From a virus (taxonomy: Duplodnaviria > Caudoviricetes): DNA of 64,000 nt. Positions 60,630 through 64,000 of the stretch are shown here, piece after piece. Position numbers and translations under genes: made by a program. How positions within the stretch are numbered: the first letter of the stretch is position 1; the number at the start of each line of letters is the position of its first letter. The stretch lies in the IMG/VR virus record IMGVR_UViG_3300047560_000348, positions 4,136-68,135 of that record. The stretch is one strand, 5' to 3'. The notes below the pieces were generated by a model. The model ran no database searches. It worked only from the letters and a program-made list of their open reading frames with translations, and had not been told where the DNA came from.

Positions 60630-61286
60630 CTATGCCGTCAAATCACCAATAAGCAACCACTCGTTATCCGCAATCTTAGTAAGAACTGCACCAGAATACT
60701 GTGCTGCAATTTTTCTATTATTATTCTTACTATTTAGAGTAACGTTAACAGTGTTTGGAGCAATAGAAACGGCACCAGTACCATATCTAATTATTTCAAC
60801 CTTTTGGCCAATCTTGAAAGAGTTAGAGGCATTTTCTGGGATATATACTGTAGTGCTTGATGAGTCATAAATCTTTAGGCTATTTCCTGCATCAGATGCT
60901 ACAAGTGTATATGCATTTGCTGTAGTAGAAACTGCAACTAGGATTGCAGAGTCATTTGATGAACGCCATCTTGTTCCGTCATAAAATTGAATATCGTTGA
61001 TTGTGTTACCAGATGCATCTTGTGCAACAAAGGCAACTAGACCAGTTACTGGAGATGTAAGTGCAGCATCACGTGCAATAGTGGTTGCAAAGTTATTAAT
61101 ACCTGCTTTATTTTTTACAACATCTTCAAAAGTTACTGGATCATTAAAGTTAGCTGTTCCTGCAAAGTCATGATCACCAGTCCACTGATAATCAGAGCTT
61201 GTGTTGGCAATACCAGCAATTGGTCTCCATGATGTGCCATCAAATAGATAAGCAACCTTTGGTTCTGTAGATATGCTATGTGTCAT
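60630..61286 (-). CDS. Short fibre protein with a C-terminal GDLTA domain (likely start MTHSI at 61286)
   Basis: AYTLVASDAG...IPENAS..F.IG...QYSGAVLTKIADNEWLLIGDLTA, homologous to the C-terminus of 54443..56194; TAATG overlap. Confidence 0.7.
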   Translation of the reverse strand: MTHSISTEPKVAYLFDGTSWRPIAGIANTSSDYQWTGDHDFAGTANFNDPVTFEDVVKNKAGINNFATTIARDAALTSPVTGLVAFVAQDASGNTINDIQFYDGTRWRSSNDSAILVAVSTTANAYTLVASDAGNSLKIYDSSSTTVYIPENASNSFKIGQKVEIIRYGTGAVSIAPNTVNVTLNSKNNNRKIAAQYSGAVLTKIADNEWLLIGDLTA

Positions 61287-61735
61287 TATGCTCCAACCTC
61301 TTTCCATTCTGTCCCACTGTAAACATATAGCTTAACTGGAGAAGAGTCTGAGTCTACCCATAGCATACCGCTTGAAATATTTGTCGTAGGAGCCGAAGCT
61401 TGATAAATTACTGCCTGTGGAAGTACAGCAGTAACCTGTGGGGTATCTGGCATCCAAATCTCTCCAGCAATTGGTGTAGCAGGCTCATCACCATATGTAA
61501 CACCAATTCCAAGATCTTGAAGTGTAGCAATTTCATCTTGCATTACTTGCAAGTATTTAGCAATAGATGGGTTTGGGATATTATTACGTGCACCCTCAGC
61601 TGCTGGATCAAAGGTTGTAGATCCATAAAGAAATAGTCTTAGGGCAGCCTGAATGTCAGCAGACTCGCTGTATGAAGGAATCTTAGTGTTAAAGATACCA
61701 GTACCGTTTGCTGTACCATCAATATTTTGTGCCAT
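61286..61735 (-). CDS. Virion structural / fibre protein
   Basis: TKIPSY...ADIQAALRL; P..P..GEIW and APT....GMLWVDSD fibre motifs. Confidence 0.55.
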   Translation of the reverse strand: MAQNIDGTANGTGIFNTKIPSYSESADIQAALRLFLYGSTTFDPAAEGARNNIPNPSIAKYLQVMQDEIATLQDLGIGVTYGDEPATPIAGEIWMPDTPQVTAVLPQAVIYQASAPTTNISSGMLWVDSDSSPVKLYVYSGTEWKEVGA

Positions 61736-61758
61736 TTATTTACCTCACTCAAATTAAA

Positions 61759-62343
61759 TTATATCACAGATATGGTTAGATAGACATCTTTTTCGCCATT
61801 TACCTGTGACCAAGAATCTCCATCAAACTCAGCAGCCTTGATAGAGATAGGCAAGGCAAGCATATTATTTATGTCTAATGTAACCTCAGATACCATTACA
61901 GAAGATGCTACTGGATTGGTTGACTTGAAAGTACACTGTACATGAAAGTTTTGTGCGGATATGGATCTTCCATCCGAATTTCCAAGTATTTGAGAAATTG
62001 GAATGTATACCCAAGTCTGCCCATCTGTAAAATCTTGAGCAATTAGCTGTTTTCTAAATACATCTGGTTCTAGCTTAAATACAGATGTCCATCTAGGTCC
62101 ACCAGGAGCGTAGACGTATTGGTAAACCATTTTATATTCATTATCTGACTGCAAAAGATTTACATACATGTCATATACTTTTGCCGTTTGTGGCAAGGAG
62201 ACAACTGTTGGCTTGCCCTGACCGTAAAAGAACATATTTCCACGATCACCTTTTGGACCAACGTCAAGGGATACCTGAACTGTTGAAGGTCCACCAAGAA
62301 TTGTTAATGTTTCAGATGATATCGTAGAGGTAATGTCTGCCAT
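61759..62343 (-). CDS. Virion structural protein with a short collagen-like stretch
   Basis: GPKGDRG, G.G.P....D.Y.N motif. Confidence 0.5.
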   Translation of the reverse strand: MADITSTISSETLTILGGPSTVQVSLDVGPKGDRGNMFFYGQGKPTVVSLPQTAKVYDMYVNLLQSDNEYKMVYQYVYAPGGPRWTSVFKLEPDVFRKQLIAQDFTDGQTWVYIPISQILGNSDGRSISAQNFHVQCTFKSTNPVASSVMVSEVTLDINNMLALPISIKAAEFDGDSWSQVNGEKDVYLTISVI

Positions 62344-62720
62344 TATACTTCTCCTGCAACATCTTCGGTAATCGTAATAGTTCCAGTAAGAAGAGTGTAA
62401 TTATATTCATAGTCAGTCAGGGTAGCATCTTTATTGATTTCAACATCGTATACGTATGTCTTTGATGCGTCCAATGCTTGTCCCTGTCCTGGCAAAATTG
62501 CACACTTAACATAGCTGATATTATTTGCAGAGTCAGATACGATTTCTGCATAGCCATTATATTTTATTGCACCTGCACCTCTTGATTCAGCAATGACAAA
62601 ACTTACTGAGTTGAATGTGCTTAGATCGTATGCTGCTCCAGAAGAATCTTTTGGGTAGATTCTAAATTCTAAAGTGTCTCCGCTGTAATAAGAAATATTA
62701 TATGTTCCTGGAAATGCCAT
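62343..62720 (-). CDS. BppU-N-like Ig-fold structural protein
   Basis: YNISYYSGDT, YDLS, YVYDVEI, TLLTGTITITEDV. Confidence 0.55.
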   Translation of the reverse strand: MAFPGTYNISYYSGDTLEFRIYPKDSSGAAYDLSTFNSVSFVIAESRGAGAIKYNGYAEIVSDSANNISYVKCAILPGQGQALDASKTYVYDVEINKDATLTDYEYNYTLLTGTITITEDVAGEV

Positions 62721-63520
62721 TATGATGCCCTCTCGTATGTTCCGCTGATATAGAAATAGTCAGATGTGGTCAAAACTTTTGGAGAGTTATAGTCCATATT
62801 ATACTCTTGATTTCCAGAACCATACTTTAGCTCTGCAACTGTAGTTCCTGGCTCTGCATCTAAGAAAACATTGTAGTGTGAACCATTAGCATGTAATCCA
62901 CCATCTCTAAAAATATAATCATCTGCTGGTGCAAATGGAAGGGTAACTGTATAAGCACCAGTTCCAAAGTTGCTAACATTTGTAAGAGTAAACTTCATTC
63001 TAAAATGAACCAAGTCTCCACTAAGCATATAGTGACCAGAAACAGGATTCGTTGTATATGTTAGACCAGTACCTGACCATGTTGGAGTCCAGGTACCCTT
63101 TGTTGGTGCACCGCTTGTTCCTGCTGGTCCTTGTTGTCCAGTGGCACCTGTTGCTCCAGTAGCACCAGTGGCACCAGTATCGCCTTTGTCGCCTTTTGCA
63201 CCAGTTGGTCCAACTAATGAAGCCAACCATTGTGATTCAGATCCTGTAAATCCATTTGAAATTGCAACTTGATATGCAGAAGCTCCGTTAAGACCTGCAG
63301 ATCCAGTCGAGCCTGTGGCTCCAGTATTACCTCTTGGCCCAACTAGAGAGGCAAGCCATTGTGCTTCTGAGCCTGAAAAACCATTTCCTACTGCAATCTG
63401 ATAAGCAGATGCACCTGCCAAGCCATTGTCGCCTGGGTCACCTTTGGGACCAATAGATCCAGCTTCTCCTCTGGATCCTGGAACACCTGGCATGGGAACA
63501 ACTTTAATTACTGTTGTCAT
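62720..63520 (-). CDS. Collagen-like fibre protein
   Basis: G-X-Y runs, two GASAYQ.A..NGF.GSE.QWLASL.GP units, C-terminal GTWTPT...ISGTYE domain. Confidence 0.82.
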   Translation of the reverse strand: MTTVIKVVPMPGVPGSRGEAGSIGPKGDPGDNGLAGASAYQIAVGNGFSGSEAQWLASLVGPRGNTGATGSTGSAGLNGASAYQVAISNGFTGSESQWLASLVGPTGAKGDKGDTGATGATGATGATGQQGPAGTSGAPTKGTWTPTWSGTGLTYTTNPVSGHYMLSGDLVHFRMKFTLTNVSNFGTGAYTVTLPFAPADDYIFRDGGLHANGSHYNVFLDAEPGTTVAELKYGSGNQEYNMDYNSPKVLTTSDYFYISGTYERAS

Positions 63521-63906
63521 AAAGACCCTCCGTATGTAACATCACCGATAACTACGATATTTCCAATTACTGGTGTCCAGATTGTGCCATCTGCCTTAGT
63601 TACTTGCAAATCGTATGATAGCTCAGCAACAACCATATTATGCCCAGTACCCCAAAGCTTGGTGACATCAGCTGGGGCTACTATTTCTACATAGCCAGGG
63701 TGTGCAACAACCGTTAGCTCATCGACAGTGTCTAGTTTTGGATCATAGGCACTGGATACGTAAGTCCAGCCTGTGGTGTCTATAAATGTTTTCTCATCAG
63801 CCTCAAGGAATTCTACGAGGATGTTAGAGGTATCTCCACGAACCACAGTCCATTTGTGGATAACTGGGTCTGCACCTATAGCTGGGTTATTGCAGTTTGT
63901 TGTCAT
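63517..63906 (-). CDS. BppU-N-like structural protein (likely start MTTNC at 63906)
   Basis: IGADPVIHKWTVVRGDT...YDLQV...WTPVIG.I.V.GDVT. Confidence 0.55.
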   Translation of the reverse strand: MTTNCNNPAIGADPVIHKWTVVRGDTSNILVEFLEADEKTFIDTTGWTYVSSAYDPKLDTVDELTVVAHPGYVEIVAPADVTKLWGTGHNMVVAELSYDLQVTKADGTIWTPVIGNIVVIGDVTYGGSL

Positions 63907-63935
63907 AGTGATTCCATTATACACCAAATAATGAT

Positions 63936-63991
63936 AAAAAAGACTAGTATCCAAGCGTGGTGGGTATGAGAGACAAACCTGGATACTAGCC
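63936..63991 (-). terminator. Long-loop hairpin with U tract (terminator or sRNA 3' end)
   Basis: Minus strand GGCTAGTATCCAGG-(22 nt)-CTTGGATACTAGTC followed by TTTTTT. Confidence 0.55.
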
Positions 63992-64000
63992 GTTTAAATT

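Overview
This is a 64-kb segment of a large, AT-rich tailed dsDNA phage with a siphovirus-type tail module. Every credible gene is on the minus strand. In transcription order (right to left) it holds: a block of fibre/decoration genes, a cluster of four Fe(II)-oxygenase-type genes, a LamG-like protein, portal, prohead protease, major capsid, head-tail connectors, major tail, two tail chaperones, a frameshifted tape measure and tail tip. The replication/recombination module follows (DnaB, primase, SSB, DnaE, MazG, NrdH, RecA, Cas4-like, RuvC-like), then terminase, a class Ib ribonucleotide reductase (nrdIEF) and two secreted proteins. The actinobacterial-type NrdE/F/H/I, a PASTA-like domain and leaderless-style promoters suggest a low-GC actinobacterial host (inference). 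The most striking unexplained system is two unrelated proteins (FN3-like and PASTA-like) that both end in about 50% Phe hexapeptide arrays (F-x-V-F-x-F)n-VFSFR. Each follows a fibre gene with the same C-terminal domain, and one sits directly upstream of three paralogous HxH...H oxygenases, a Cys/His mini-protein and a prolyl-hydroxylase-like oxygenase. This is a candidate phage-encoded peptide-modification (RiPP-like) or modified-adhesin system. No tRNA, CRISPR array, integrase, lysis gene or intein was recognised. All assignments come from reading motifs by eye, with no database searches.
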